A DNA stretch of 64,000 bases from Octopus bimaculoides. Taxonomy: Eukaryota. Both the position numbers and the translations under genes were made by a program. A model generated the notes under the pieces. It searched no databases. It saw only the letters and a list, made by a program, of their open reading frames with translations, and was not told where the DNA came from. Below, piece after piece: positions 53,141-63,879 of this stretch. The stretch is from NCBI RefSeq assembly GCF_001194135.2, contig NC_068984.1, forward strand, positions 87,292,152 to 87,356,151. The letters are read 5' to 3'. Numbering within the stretch: position 1 is the first letter of the stretch; each line of letters starts with the position of its first letter.

Positions 53141-55316
53141 GTATAAACGAATGAAGTTATCCAATTCCATTCACATCAAGGATACATCATAGGAAGTGCC
53201 TCCCCCTCCCCACTTCAGATTCCAATGTTTTAAACAANNNNNNNNNNNNNNNNNNNNNNNNNNNNNNNNNNNNNNNNNNNNNNNNNNNNNNNNNNNNNNN
53301 NNNNNNNNNNNNNNNNNNNNNNNNNNNNNNNNNNNNNNNNNNNNNNNNNNNNNNNNNNNNNNNNNNNNNNNNNNNNNNNNNNNNNNNNNNNNNNNNNNNN
53401 NNNNNNNNNNNNNNNNNNNNNNNNNNNNNNNNNNNNNNNNNNNNNNNNNNNNNNNNNNNNNNNNNNNNNNNNNNNNNNNNNNNNNNNNNNNNNNNNNNNN
53501 NNNNNNNNNNNNNNNNNNNNNNNNNNNNNNNNNNNNNNNNNNNNNNNNNNNNNNNNNNNNNNNNNNNNNNNNNNNNNNNNNNNNNNNNNNNNNNNNNNNN
53601 NNNNNNNNNNNNNNNNNNNNNNNNNNNNNNNNNNNNNNNNNNNNNNNNNNNNNNNNNNNNNNNNNNNNNNNNNNNNNNNNNNNNNNNNNNNNNNNNNNNN
53701 NNNNNNNNNNNNNNNNNNNNNNNNNNNNNNNNNNNNNNNNNNNNNNNNNNNNNNNNNNNNNNNNNNNNNNNNNNNNNNNNNNNNNNNNNNNNNNNNNNNN
53801 NNNNNNNNNNNNNNNNNNNNNNNNNNNNTGAAATTGCAAATTATTTAAAATATAAAAATATAATTTTCAACAGAGAGAATTTATCAAAATAGAAAACAAA
53901 TGAAGTTTGAAGTTTAAAAATAATAGGATCGACCACTCACGACTAGCTAGCTCGGACGCGCGAACTTTCGAGTAATAGATAGATAGATAGATAGATAGAG
54001 AGAGAGACAGACAGACATATAGCTCGCTCCGGCCAGTCATGGTATTAGCTTTCAGTAGCCAAAGAATCGAAAGGCCAGCAACAGGCAGACAGACAGATAC
54101 TTCACTAGCAGTGAGCACTTTCACTTCTGACAGCTAATAGCATGATAGTGCCCCGTTTTCTTCTAGCTGTTTATAAATAAATCACACCCTAACCCTAACG
54201 TCANNNNNNNNNNGTGCCCCGTTTTCTTCTAGCTGTTTATAAATAAATCACACCCTAACCCTAACGTCAATCAAATCACGTGTGTGATTTATTTATAAAC
54301 AGAGATGTACGGAGAATACTAGTAAGACGTTCAGTTACTTCCCTTAAATATTTTTATTTATCCCCCTAAACTTGAAGATTACCTTTCGTGTCTTTACGTT
54401 CTGAGTTCAAATTGCCTTTCATCCTTTCGGGGTCAATAAATTAAGTACTAGTTGCGTACTGAGATCGATCAATTGAATATTCCGGATGTTTTTTAACTTG
54501 TCCGCTGATTTGCGCATGCGTAAAAGATTTTCTAGCCCGCGCATGAAATGAGCCTAGAGGTGGTCTCTCCATATGCTAGAAGTAACAGTCAAATTTCTGA
54601 CGGTATGAACAGGCAACACACCCTTTTTGATTTACTTTTATTCTTTGTTTTTTTCGTTTTCTGATTCCAATGTTTTCGACAACGGAGATTCTGATTTTGC
54701 CATAGAAAAAAAAAAAAAATTAAAAGAAAAAACAACCTTTAAAAAATTTCCGCCACTTGACTCATAGTTTGTCAACCACGAAAAGAGGAAAGGCGAAATT
54801 AACCTCGATAGGATGAAAAGACCCCTAACTAAATACCACAAGACACTTCAACTACCACTCTACCAATTCTACTAATATTACACCAACAGGAACCAGTAAT
54901 GTCTATCCATATAACCTCTAACGTGGAAGTAGAATAATTTACTAAATACTGTGTATAAAAAGCTCACCAACTTTTTTATCACATTATATTCCAATATAAT
55001 CGTAATCTACATCATCTNNNNNNNNNNNNNNNNNNNNNNNNNNNNNNNNNNNNNNNNNNNNNNNNNNNNNNNNNNNNNNNNNNNNNNNNNNNNNNNNNNN
55101 NNNNNNNNNNNNNNNNNNNNNNNNNNNNNNNNNNNNNNNNNNNNNNNNNNNNNNNNNNNNNNNNNNNNNNNNNNNNNNNNNNNNNNNNNNNNNNNNNNNN
55201 NNNNNNNNNNNNNNNNNNNNNNNNNNNNNNNNNNNNNNNNNNNNNNNNNNNNNNNNNNNNNNNNNNNNNNNNNNNNNNNNNNNNNNNNNNNNNNNNNNNN
55301 NNNNNNNNNNNNNNNN

Positions 55317-55356
<40 letters not shown>

Positions 55357-55474
55357 TTAAATAATAAGGGTGAAAAATTGAATATTAATTTGATTAATAT
55401 CAATTTAAAACCAGTGACCTAGCATATTGAAAAACGTAACCAACGAATATATATTAGGAGAAAGTCCAACTTAC

Positions 55475-55579
55475 TTTAAAGTTACATAAGGCTGCCATGC
55501 CCTTTTTAATGATTGTCGATTTACAAGTTTTGCATTGTAGATCAACTTTGTTCATCAGCGTGGTCGCTGATGCCGTCAT
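55475..55579 (-). CDS. RABIF: Mss4/RABIF-like zinc-binding protein, coding exon 1
   Basis: aaaATG start; MTASATTLMNKVDLQCKTCKSTIIKKGMAALCNFK resembles the Mss4 N-terminal N-x4-C-x2-C-x-S-x5-G-x-A motif. Ends at a canonical phase-0 donor AAA|GTAAGT. Family-level recognition only; orthology not established. Confidence 0.62.
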
Positions 55580-55599
55580 TTTCTTTCCGATGTTTACTA

Positions 55600-55880
55600 A
55601 CAGTGCTCTTCTAAGAACAGTGTTGGCTCTTTGCTTCCGGAAAACCACATAATATGCCTCTGTCGAAAGTGAGCGGACGAATTTCTCTCCTATTTTGTGT
55701 GATGCGGCCGTGGTTTGCTGATGGATTATTTTTTTATGGTAATTTTTTATGGTAATTTTGTTTTTGTTTTGCTTTGTTTTCTGGAAGTTATAGGAAGGAT
55801 ATATACAACACAGACATACACACATTCATATATTACACACGCGCGCGCACATAAAGAAGGGCGGAATTCTGGTTTAAGCA
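55600..55880 (-). promoter_or_regulatory. Putative promoter/5'UTR of the Mss4-like gene
   Basis: Locally CpG-rich. ETS-type CTTCCGGAA at about 55635-55643 and GGGCGG at about 55859, directly upstream of the ATG. Inferred only. Confidence 0.35.
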
Positions 55881-56329
55881 CACCATATAACTCCTTATAA
55901 CTACTTTAATTTTTTTGAATTTTCAGTAATTCCTTGCAAATTTGTGTTCTACGCACGGGAATTCATACGATTATGAAAAAAATTTAGTATGTCATTTAAG
56001 GGTGATTTAGCACATCCCACGAGCACCCGATATCGTTCTCGTTTCTTTTTTACTCTAACTTGCATTAATATTTTTCAATATCTTTCTCCCCATAAACACA
56101 TTTAATGGAATGATGATGCACCCAAAGGTGGTCCTAAATAATAGAGTAGAAATTATCAAGTACGCCCAAAAACTAATTTTTTAAGATGTGTGTTTTAATC
56201 ATCAAAGTAAGTTCTTAAAATTTTTTCAGATTCGTGTTTTGAATATCTGAGGTTAATACCAGCTAAAATACGACATGTGATGAATGGCTGCACTGGGCAC
56301 AAGTTGTCCGGTTTCAGTGGGCTACAATT

Positions 56330-57110
56330 CGAGTTTTATGAATTCATGCTTGACTTATATCACAACCACTTGGGAGATAATGTCTCTGCCATGGAGTCGG
56401 AAGCAAACGAAGTGGAGGCAGTTGGCACCGTTTTAAAGGAATACTCGTCTGTGAAGGGAACTATGATCAGCCCGGACAAGTCAGTGGGCTTGCAGCTAAA
56501 TACCTGGAAAAGTAGGCTCGTGCTAGTGGAGAGCGTCATGGGATGCAATACTTACGGACCGATTAAACGCCTCGAGTCTGGTTCGGTTCCAACTTTCATA
56601 GAGACCAGGAATGCGGTGACATAACGAACAGTGTAGACAGTCTTACTCAGAAATTAGCCAAGAGGAAGCTGTCTTTGAGCGGTAAGACAGAGGTGAACGC
56701 CTACATTGCCCTAATCGTCGTACCATGCCCTAACTACGGTCTGATCACATCGGACCACTTGCTCTTCAACTTCTTGTTATAGAGAAGGGACGCTTTCCAC
56801 TGGCCAAGCGTGTCTAGTGCCACGACTCTCTGAATTATAAGTTAGGCATGCCTTGACTGATGATTCACAGAAAGGTGCTGAGGCTGTGCCAACTGTGGAG
56901 ACAGTGAGTAGATTTAGTTACCATTCATGAGGCAAGTTTTTCCACGGCTTGTTTCCTTGATGGAGCTTGCAGTCCTGGATGCCTGGTACCCCAAACGTAA
57001 TCAGGCTTTCACCGCGCTCTTCCAGTTGGACAATAGAATCGGTGGATGTTCCACTCTAACAATTTGCGGGGTTAGTGTCGAGGAAGAATCTAGGGAAACA
57101 TTGATTTTGT
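56330..57110 (+). mobile_element. Tx1/L1-clade LINE ORF2 fragment (RT C-terminal region)
   Basis: GDNVSAM (degenerate ADDVS), EVEAVGTVLKEY...ISPDKSVGLQL.TW, RKLSLSGKTEV; many stops. Confidence 0.7.
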
Positions 57111-57119
57111 GACAAGCAT

Positions 57120-57560
57120 CAGCCAATTTAGCTATGTTCGAAAAATGTTCCGCTCAGAAGCCATTCTCTAAAAGCATTCTACTGTTACGCGTAAAACTGA
57201 GAAATTTACATCGATACCAATTAACCAGGAACTAAAATTAATTAGGGCAAAAATTTAGAAACTGTCATCAGAACCGAATTTCTTGGAGGAACCTAGCATA
57301 CTGCTAGAGATGAATGATTCCGAAACAAAAACGCTATGGGATAGAGATCTTAATTCAGGTGAAACCTGAAATGTTGGACAGGATCAATAACCTATCAGAA
57401 ATCTCGGGAGATCTGAAAGTGCAGGTAGTAGTGGAGAACAAATAGCTTAGATGCTGTAAATATGGAAATACCGATCTTCTCAAGACCTTCTTCCCTCAGC
57501 AATAACGGAAAGTGACAGTTGACAGAAAGCCTCCAACACTCCGGCAGTAGGGAAAAAACA
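57120..57560 (+). mobile_element. Possible Tx1-clade ORF1 remnant
   Basis: LKVQVVVENK*LRCCKYGNTD resembles a decayed VVVEGRPP-RC-x-KCG knuckle. Confidence 0.35.
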
Positions 57561-58204
57561 GCAGCAACTACATCAGCAACACTAGTAACAACGCAAAATT
57601 GCGGAAGCTGTGGTTGCTGCACTAGCGACAAAGATGGAAGCAACACTTATAATAGCAGCAACGACACCAACGGTTGAAACAACATTAACGAAAACAACAA
57701 TAAAAAATATCCCTCTCATGGGCCACGATATCGGCAACAGCAACAGAAAACCCCAAAACAACAACAAAAATATTAACATCAGAATAGATCACAAACCCCA
57801 CAAAGCATGCCCTCCATTCAAGCATACTGAGTAGCGAATGTCATGGCGAGGAGCTTAAATGGCAGAAAATGACTAATAGAAAGAAAACGAAAGAGAACTC
57901 ACACCAGCAACAGAATTTAAGCGAACGGGAAACATACTTTCAAACAACGACACAGCAACACACTTATATTAACAACAAAACTAGTGTTATCACCACCATC
58001 ATTAACATCGTCATCACCACAATCGCAACAGATACCATCGTAAGCACAACCCATTCTACACCCAAACCAACAACTAGAACAACATCCTCAAAGGAACACC
58101 ATAAACGATACGGTCATAGACACAAGCAACAAAGGACTAATAGGCCACACACATCAACACACAAGCATTTACACATCACGACTTCACACCAACAAATAAC
58201 ATAC

Positions 58205-60373
58205 TATAGGAAAGTGGGTTATACATCATTAGATGTACACCACTTTCCTATATAAAATTAAGAATATAACGGAACGCTGAACTCCAGACTATCAACTTAA
58301 ACAACATTTATTCAGGTGGTAAATATATACATCTTTAGCTCTTGTTTGTTGTTATAGCTTCTGTGTGTATGAGCATGGTTGTTGGGACGTTGGTATGTAG
58401 ATGTAAGCGAGCTGTCGAGCGTAAGTTCGAAAGATGGAGAGAGACAGCTAAACACNNNNNNNNNNNNNNNNNNNNNNNNNNNNNNNNNNNNNNNNNNNNN
58501 NNNNNNNNNNNNNNNNNNNNNNNNNNNNNNNNNNNNNNNNNNNNNNNNNNNNNNNNNNNNNNNNNNNNNNNNNNNNNNNNNNNNNNNNNNNNNNNNNNNN
58601 NNNNNNNNNNNNNNNNNNNNNNNNNNNNNNNNNNNNNNNNNNNNNNNNNNNNNNNNNNNNNNNNNNNNNNNNNNNNNNNNNNNNNNNNNNNNNNNNNNNN
58701 NNNNNNNNNNNNNNNNNNNNNNNNNNNNNNNNNNNNNNNNNNNNNNNNNNNNNNNNNNNNNNNNNNNNNNNNNNNNNNNNNNNNNNNNNNNNNNNNNNNN
58801 NNNNNNNNNNNNNNNNNNNNNNNNNNNNNNNNNNNNNNNNNNNNNNNNNNNNNNNNNNNNNNNNNNNNNNNNNNNNNNNNNNNNNNNNNNNNNNNNNNNN
58901 NNNNNNNNNNNNNNNNNNNNAAATTCCACAAGGAGATAGAATGTCTGTACTCAGGAAGTCGTGGTCAGTTGTGACCGGTTACCTGGTACGGAATATTCAA
59001 TTCGGCTAGCTCTTACTGTTGTGCGTGAGTGGATAAATTCCACTCCACAGTGAAGATAAAACCGAGTGTGTTGATCTGGTGTGTCCCTGGTGGTGGGGTT
59101 GTTGGCGCACGACATTGTGGTAGACAGTACATTGATGGTGAAGACGTCAGCACAGGAACTGTAATATAGCTGTGTTCTGTATGTGTGGTGGTAATGATGT
59201 CTTGTTGAAACTTGGCGACGTCGGGGGGAATGCTTGTAGTTGGTAGTAGTAGTTGTTGTCGTCGCGGTGGTAATCTTGGTTGAACGAAGCTGGTGGCGAA
59301 AAGGCTGCTCGTTGATGATGGTTGAAGAGGTGCGCTTTCACAGACGGTCGACAGACAAATCTCTGTACGACCATTAGCGAAAACCTCGAAGAAAATTTTC
59401 TTAACCCAAGATGAAAGAACGACCGTGCGAACTCAAAAAGGAGAAATGGTGACGAATGGAAAAACAGAGGACTCCTTTTATTTAAACGTGTCACACGTCG
59501 AATACAAAAAATAATTTTTCAATGATGATATACAAATATGTTATACTACGATAACATAGATTTCGTAAATACCAGTAATGAGACGATAGAAAAAAAAAAC
59601 AACCGTATGAAATGAATAACAAGAGATATTTAGTGTGGTATAAAAGATGTATGTGTATGTGAGAGTGTGAATGCGACATATAAGAACATAATAAAAGACA
59701 GGCCGTCTATATGTATGTGAGATATCACAGCAGATAGAAAGTCAGTACACGTGAGAGTTTTATACCAAGTTCTTGAGTACACAATTGGAAAGTCGTGTTG
59801 ACTATGGTTGGAGATGTTGGTGGTCATCGTTGCTTGGTAGTTCAGTCTCAATGGCCGCATTTGTTCTTTAGTCGGGGTTCACCAGTTATAGGTTGGTAGT
59901 CCAGAATCCATGCTGCGTTTTTCTTCGTCGGGGTCACCACTTTATAGGAAAGTGGGTTATTGTAGCTCAGCGGGCTGCGTGTTCGAATCACGTCGGGGGT
60001 CACCACTTTATATAGGAAAGTAGGTTATATATCATTAGATGTATACCTGACTTTCCTATATAAAATTAGAAATTAAACGGAACGCTGAACTCCAGACTAT
60101 CAACTTAAACAACATTTATTCAGGTGGTAAATATATACATCTTTAGCTCTTGTTTGTTGTTATAGCTTCTGTGTGTATGAGCATGGTTGTTGGGACGTTG
60201 GTATGTAGATGTAAGCGAGCTGTCGAGCCTAAGTTCGAAAGATGGAGAGAGACAGCTAAAAACGTCCATGCTCAATCGCTGGCCAGCAAGAAAGCGACAG
60301 AATAGAAGCGAGAACGCTTGGTTGTTGAATTCCACGCATGCGTGAGACTACGCATGCGCACAGCGTTACTACA
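58205..60373 (-). mobile_element. Internally deleted Ty3/gypsy LTR retrotransposon (CsRn1-like), tRNA-Trp primed
   Basis: Direct repeats 60011-60373 (363 bp) and 58205-58455 (rest in the gap), about 95% identical by eye. Perfect 4-bp TSD ATAC at 58201-58204 and 60374-60377. Minus-strand termini TGTAG...CCTATA, AATAAA inside the LTR, PBS TGGTGACCCC(C)GACGTGAT after the 5' LTR. Integrase-tail remnant KIFFEVFANGRTE..SVDRL-KAH near 59330-59410. Confidence 0.85.
59871..60005 (-). other. Three tandem tRNA-Trp-derived primer-binding sites
   Basis: On +: gtcggggttcacca (59871-59884), cgtcggggtcacca (59926-59939) and ggctgcgtgttcgaatcacgtcgggggtcacca (59973-60005), matching the eukaryotic tRNA-Trp 3' end plus CCA. 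Confidence 0.85.
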
Positions 60374-60589
60374 ATACCAACGCACCCACAAAATCCAGAA
60401 ACAACACAAAAAACTTGCAACAAACCAAAACCAAAATTCTCCGACAGAATGGGTGATCTCCAGGGATTGTAAACAAGAACATCTACAAAACTTTAATAGT
60501 AGAAACACCCACAATTAGTCGGAAAGACAGAATACTAGCCTCTCCATAAGAATGAAATAAGTGAGCCTGTCTCGCTTTTCGCCTTCTGT

Positions 60590-62335
60590 CTAACATGATC
60601 TTACTTAGAATAGGCAGTGTGAAAGCATGTAATCTTGGGTTGCCTTGGAAACATGGTCAATTGCTCAACGACCTCACGTGACTAAATATATATGTGATAA
60701 TTATCAAAGAAACGAGAATTTTCGAGCGACGCACCTTCACGACCATTTTCGGAAGTTACGAGCTGTGGGCATCTCTAAGTTGGCTGAGATTAAGAGGCAG
60801 AGTTGTGTCATTTCGGAAAGGTCTGGCCCTTCGATAGAGATCATCCTGGACCCAGAAGGTAAGTTGGTAGTAATGAACGTAACTAACAGCGAAAACCATT
60901 TCTTCAAACTAGTGACCGTCTACGCCCCAACAAGAGCGGGGCGGTTTGATTTCTTTTGTTGTTTAATGGCCTTTCTAGGAACATCCTGCACTTTAGGGTT
61001 AGTGGGCGATCGGAACATCATCTTCGATGTGTGCAGATTGAAGAGATAGTAATTGCAAAAACCTTACAAACCTAATCAAATGCTTCCAACTGTCTGACAG
61101 GTAACGGCTGGCTTTCACGAAAATTCAAATGTGGACATAGATAAACCGCATCGGGCCATGCAAGTCGTATCTAGATAGAATATTCTGTTGGTCAGTAGAT
61201 AAGGATAGCAGAGATTGTCTACAATTTAAAATCGTCGACTAATCAGATCACAAATTTGTGGTCTATACGGTGGACCTAGATATGTTTAGTATACTAGGAT
61301 CCTGGAAGCTGAATGCGTCGCTCTCGGCGCATCAGATTTACAAGGACGTATCAATTGATTAATTGAAGGGGAAACAGTCAACGATAAATGCTGGTTCTCC
61401 TTGAAAAAAAGCGATTAGAGTATAACCAACAAGGTTATTTAAGAAAGTAGCAATGAAGAAAACTATTTTAAAAGGAGACCTAGCCAGAAACATAGAAGGG
61501 GCACTTAGGAAAGGCATCTCAACTGATGTGCTTGCAGTGAGATTGGCACTCGACCCATTCTTGAAGGCAAAGCACACGAAGGTTGCGTTGTGAGAGCTAA
61601 GGCGCGTGCTCTAAGACTGGAAAAAAACGAAAGCTGTTCGATGGGCCTGAGCGACAGAGGCACAACGTGACAAATTCACAATTTGGTCTTTGATGGACAT
61701 GATAAGCACGAGTTACCTAATCAAATATGCGCGACTTTTCAGTGACACTTTGTTCGACTGTTTGGGATAAATGGCGGGTCGCATTGCAGAATGGACTCCA
61801 GTGCATAGCACGATGGCCTATTGCGGCTCTCGGCAATGAAGATGGAGTTGATATGAAGAGTTGATAACAACCGTGAAAATACGGAAAGCAATGGTTAGCT
61901 TTATGGGCAGCAAATCACAAAATTTGGATGGTCTACTCTATAACCTTTATTTTAATATGCCATTGGCAGACAGTACAACAGAAGAATCCCCAGTTCTGTA
62001 AGTTAAGAAGCGGTTGTGCTGCCGAAAAAGATCTGAATAAAAGGGACTACATTGATAATTAACGGCTAAATGCATATTTCAAAATTTTGTCTAAGGTATT
62101 AACGAAGAGGTTGACGTTTGTCGTCGGTGGTCTGACTGGTGAAGTACAAACAAGCACCATCCCAAAGAGAGAAACACCACGTCTTGTGATACATCATAGA
62201 GAGGTGGCAATCAAGGCCCCTACCCTGGTATGGGCGGGAACTTGATCAACTTAGATCAATCGAAAGACTTCGATCGGGGTGACCACAAGTATTTGGTGAC
62301 TGTTCTCACAGCAACCGCTTTCGGTCACGTTGGCT
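60590..62335 (+). mobile_element. Tx1/L1-clade LINE ORF2 (APE endonuclease and start of RT), decayed
   Basis: VTVYAPT, LVGDRNIIFD, SYLDRI, SDHKFV, WKLNASL and LINLDQSKDFDRGDHKYL; many stops and frameshifts. Confidence 0.85.
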
Positions 62336-63041
62336 TTTCCTCTTTCCGGCGTTTTTGGTTCCAGACTTTTTAAGGTCTAGCCGCTGACCACAAGACACAG
62401 TCAGTTCCAGCGACAACGCCAGACACCACCACCACAGCAGCTACATTGAGACTCACCAACTTCGTCCAACAACATTACGGCAACCTCCCTCTTCGTCGCC
62501 AACATCATGTTCTTCTTAACATCGTCAACATCATCTCTCTACGTACACAGCTCAGCAAGCAATTTACCCAGGTTCCAACACTTCACTGTTCATGAATTAC
62601 TTCACCATGGATCAACAACGAATATACAACCTGCAAGAATACCTGTATCAAGTGACCCAGGCAGCAGCATCACAGCCACGACTTCATGTACCTGTAACCG
62701 ACTCAGCATCATAGCCGCAACTTCTTGATACAGTATTTCAACTACTGTGTACGACTAACTACAAACTGGTATTATTCATCTTCTATGAACTTACTTCTCA
62801 CTTCAATGGCTATAGACTCTTTCACTGTCATCATCTTCATTGCCATCCTTATATGTTTTTAACACGCGCATACATCTACGCTTACACACACACATACACT
62901 TTGTTCTCATGACGGCCTGTCTATTATTCTGTATATGGCTTTCCTATAAGTAGGTTATCTCCCTTGGCTAGGCGGCGCTCCATGTAGATAATTAAACTTC
63001 CGGAGACTACCCACGCCATTGTTATTGTTTTACGTCTTATC

Positions 63042-63600
63042 ATGGATATAAAGCATCTTGATGATTCAGCTATCGAAGTACTTACTGTGCCTGAGTTAAA
63101 GAAATATTTAAGATTATATGGACAGTATGTTACTGGAAGAAAGGCGGACTTGACTGAAAGGTTGAAAGGAATAAAAATTCTGTCGATGAAGAATGTCAAC
63201 AAAGTAAATTCATCGGACGATACTTCAGACAGGAATAAGCAGAAACTTATATCTCCTCTCGGTGAAGTATTGCCTGATCTAAAGATCTTTGTAAGTTGCC
63301 GAATTTCACAGATAATGACATAATTACCTCGTGCTACGGATGAAAGTAAAGCAACAGTTAAGGAGTGGCATATTTTACCACGACAGACACGTACACAGCA
63401 TCGAATACCACGATGTGAGTGAAAGCTGCTCTCACTGTATTGTCCGGTGTCTGGTAATCCCTTCGATACCGACATCAAACCAAAAAAAGAATCCTGACCA
63501 CAGAGTGTGGGTAATTATGTCAAATGTCACTGGCAATGTGCATTCAGCTGATTGCAACTGTTAAAGCAAGTCACTGAGCATGCGTACATGTCATACGGGA
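63042..63600 (+). pseudogene. SAP-domain plus SWIM-finger pseudo-ORF, probably a DNA-transposon accessory gene
   Basis: LTVPELKKYLRLYGQYVTGRKADLTERLK (SAP pattern); frameshifted continuation ...VTGNVHSADCNC*...ACVHV (CxC...CxH). Confidence 0.6.
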
Positions 63601-63879
63601 GAGTTCCAATCAGGGGTGGATAACACTTTATAGGAACCCCCTATACATGACGCACACACAGGCACACATGTTAACATATCAATAAATCTTCTCTTAATCA
63701 TTCTCACCCGGTTGTCTCTTTTCCATCTGGCACTTATTAGTAGTATTCAATTTTCTCTTTATTGTAAGGGCTGTGTGATGTGGTACTAAAAAGCCATTCT
63801 CTCACTTCACATCGCACAGTCCTTTACAGTATAAATGTGAATAGGTAATCTGGGTATAGAAGCTGTAGGTTTTGGAGCA

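Noticed and set aside
54185-54265. Interstitial telomere
   Set aside because: Only about two CCCTAA-type units, embedded in a hairpin; too short to call.
54511-54545. NRF1-like TGCGCATGCG as a separate gene promoter
   Set aside because: It lies among SINE fragments in the Mss4-like intron, with no downstream exon or ORF identified.
57582-58255. Thr/Gln-rich ORFs (57610-57834, 57869-58255)
   Set aside because: Low-complexity CAA-rich TE-associated sequence with no recognisable domain.
58921-58930. aaattccaca as the boundary of the second LTR
   Set aside because: The perfect ATAC TSD and TGTAG start put the LTR boundary at 60373, so the matching boundary should be inside the gap. The same word recurs at about 59035, and no PPT is adjacent.
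59973-60005. tRNA-Trp gene
   Set aside because: Only the 3' part is present, it includes the post-transcriptional CCA, and it abuts an LTR, so it is a PBS rather than a gene.
59820-60060. CRISPR-like repeat-spacer array
   Set aside because: Eukaryotic context, no cas genes, the 'spacers' are degenerate copies of each other, and the repeat is a tRNA 3' end.
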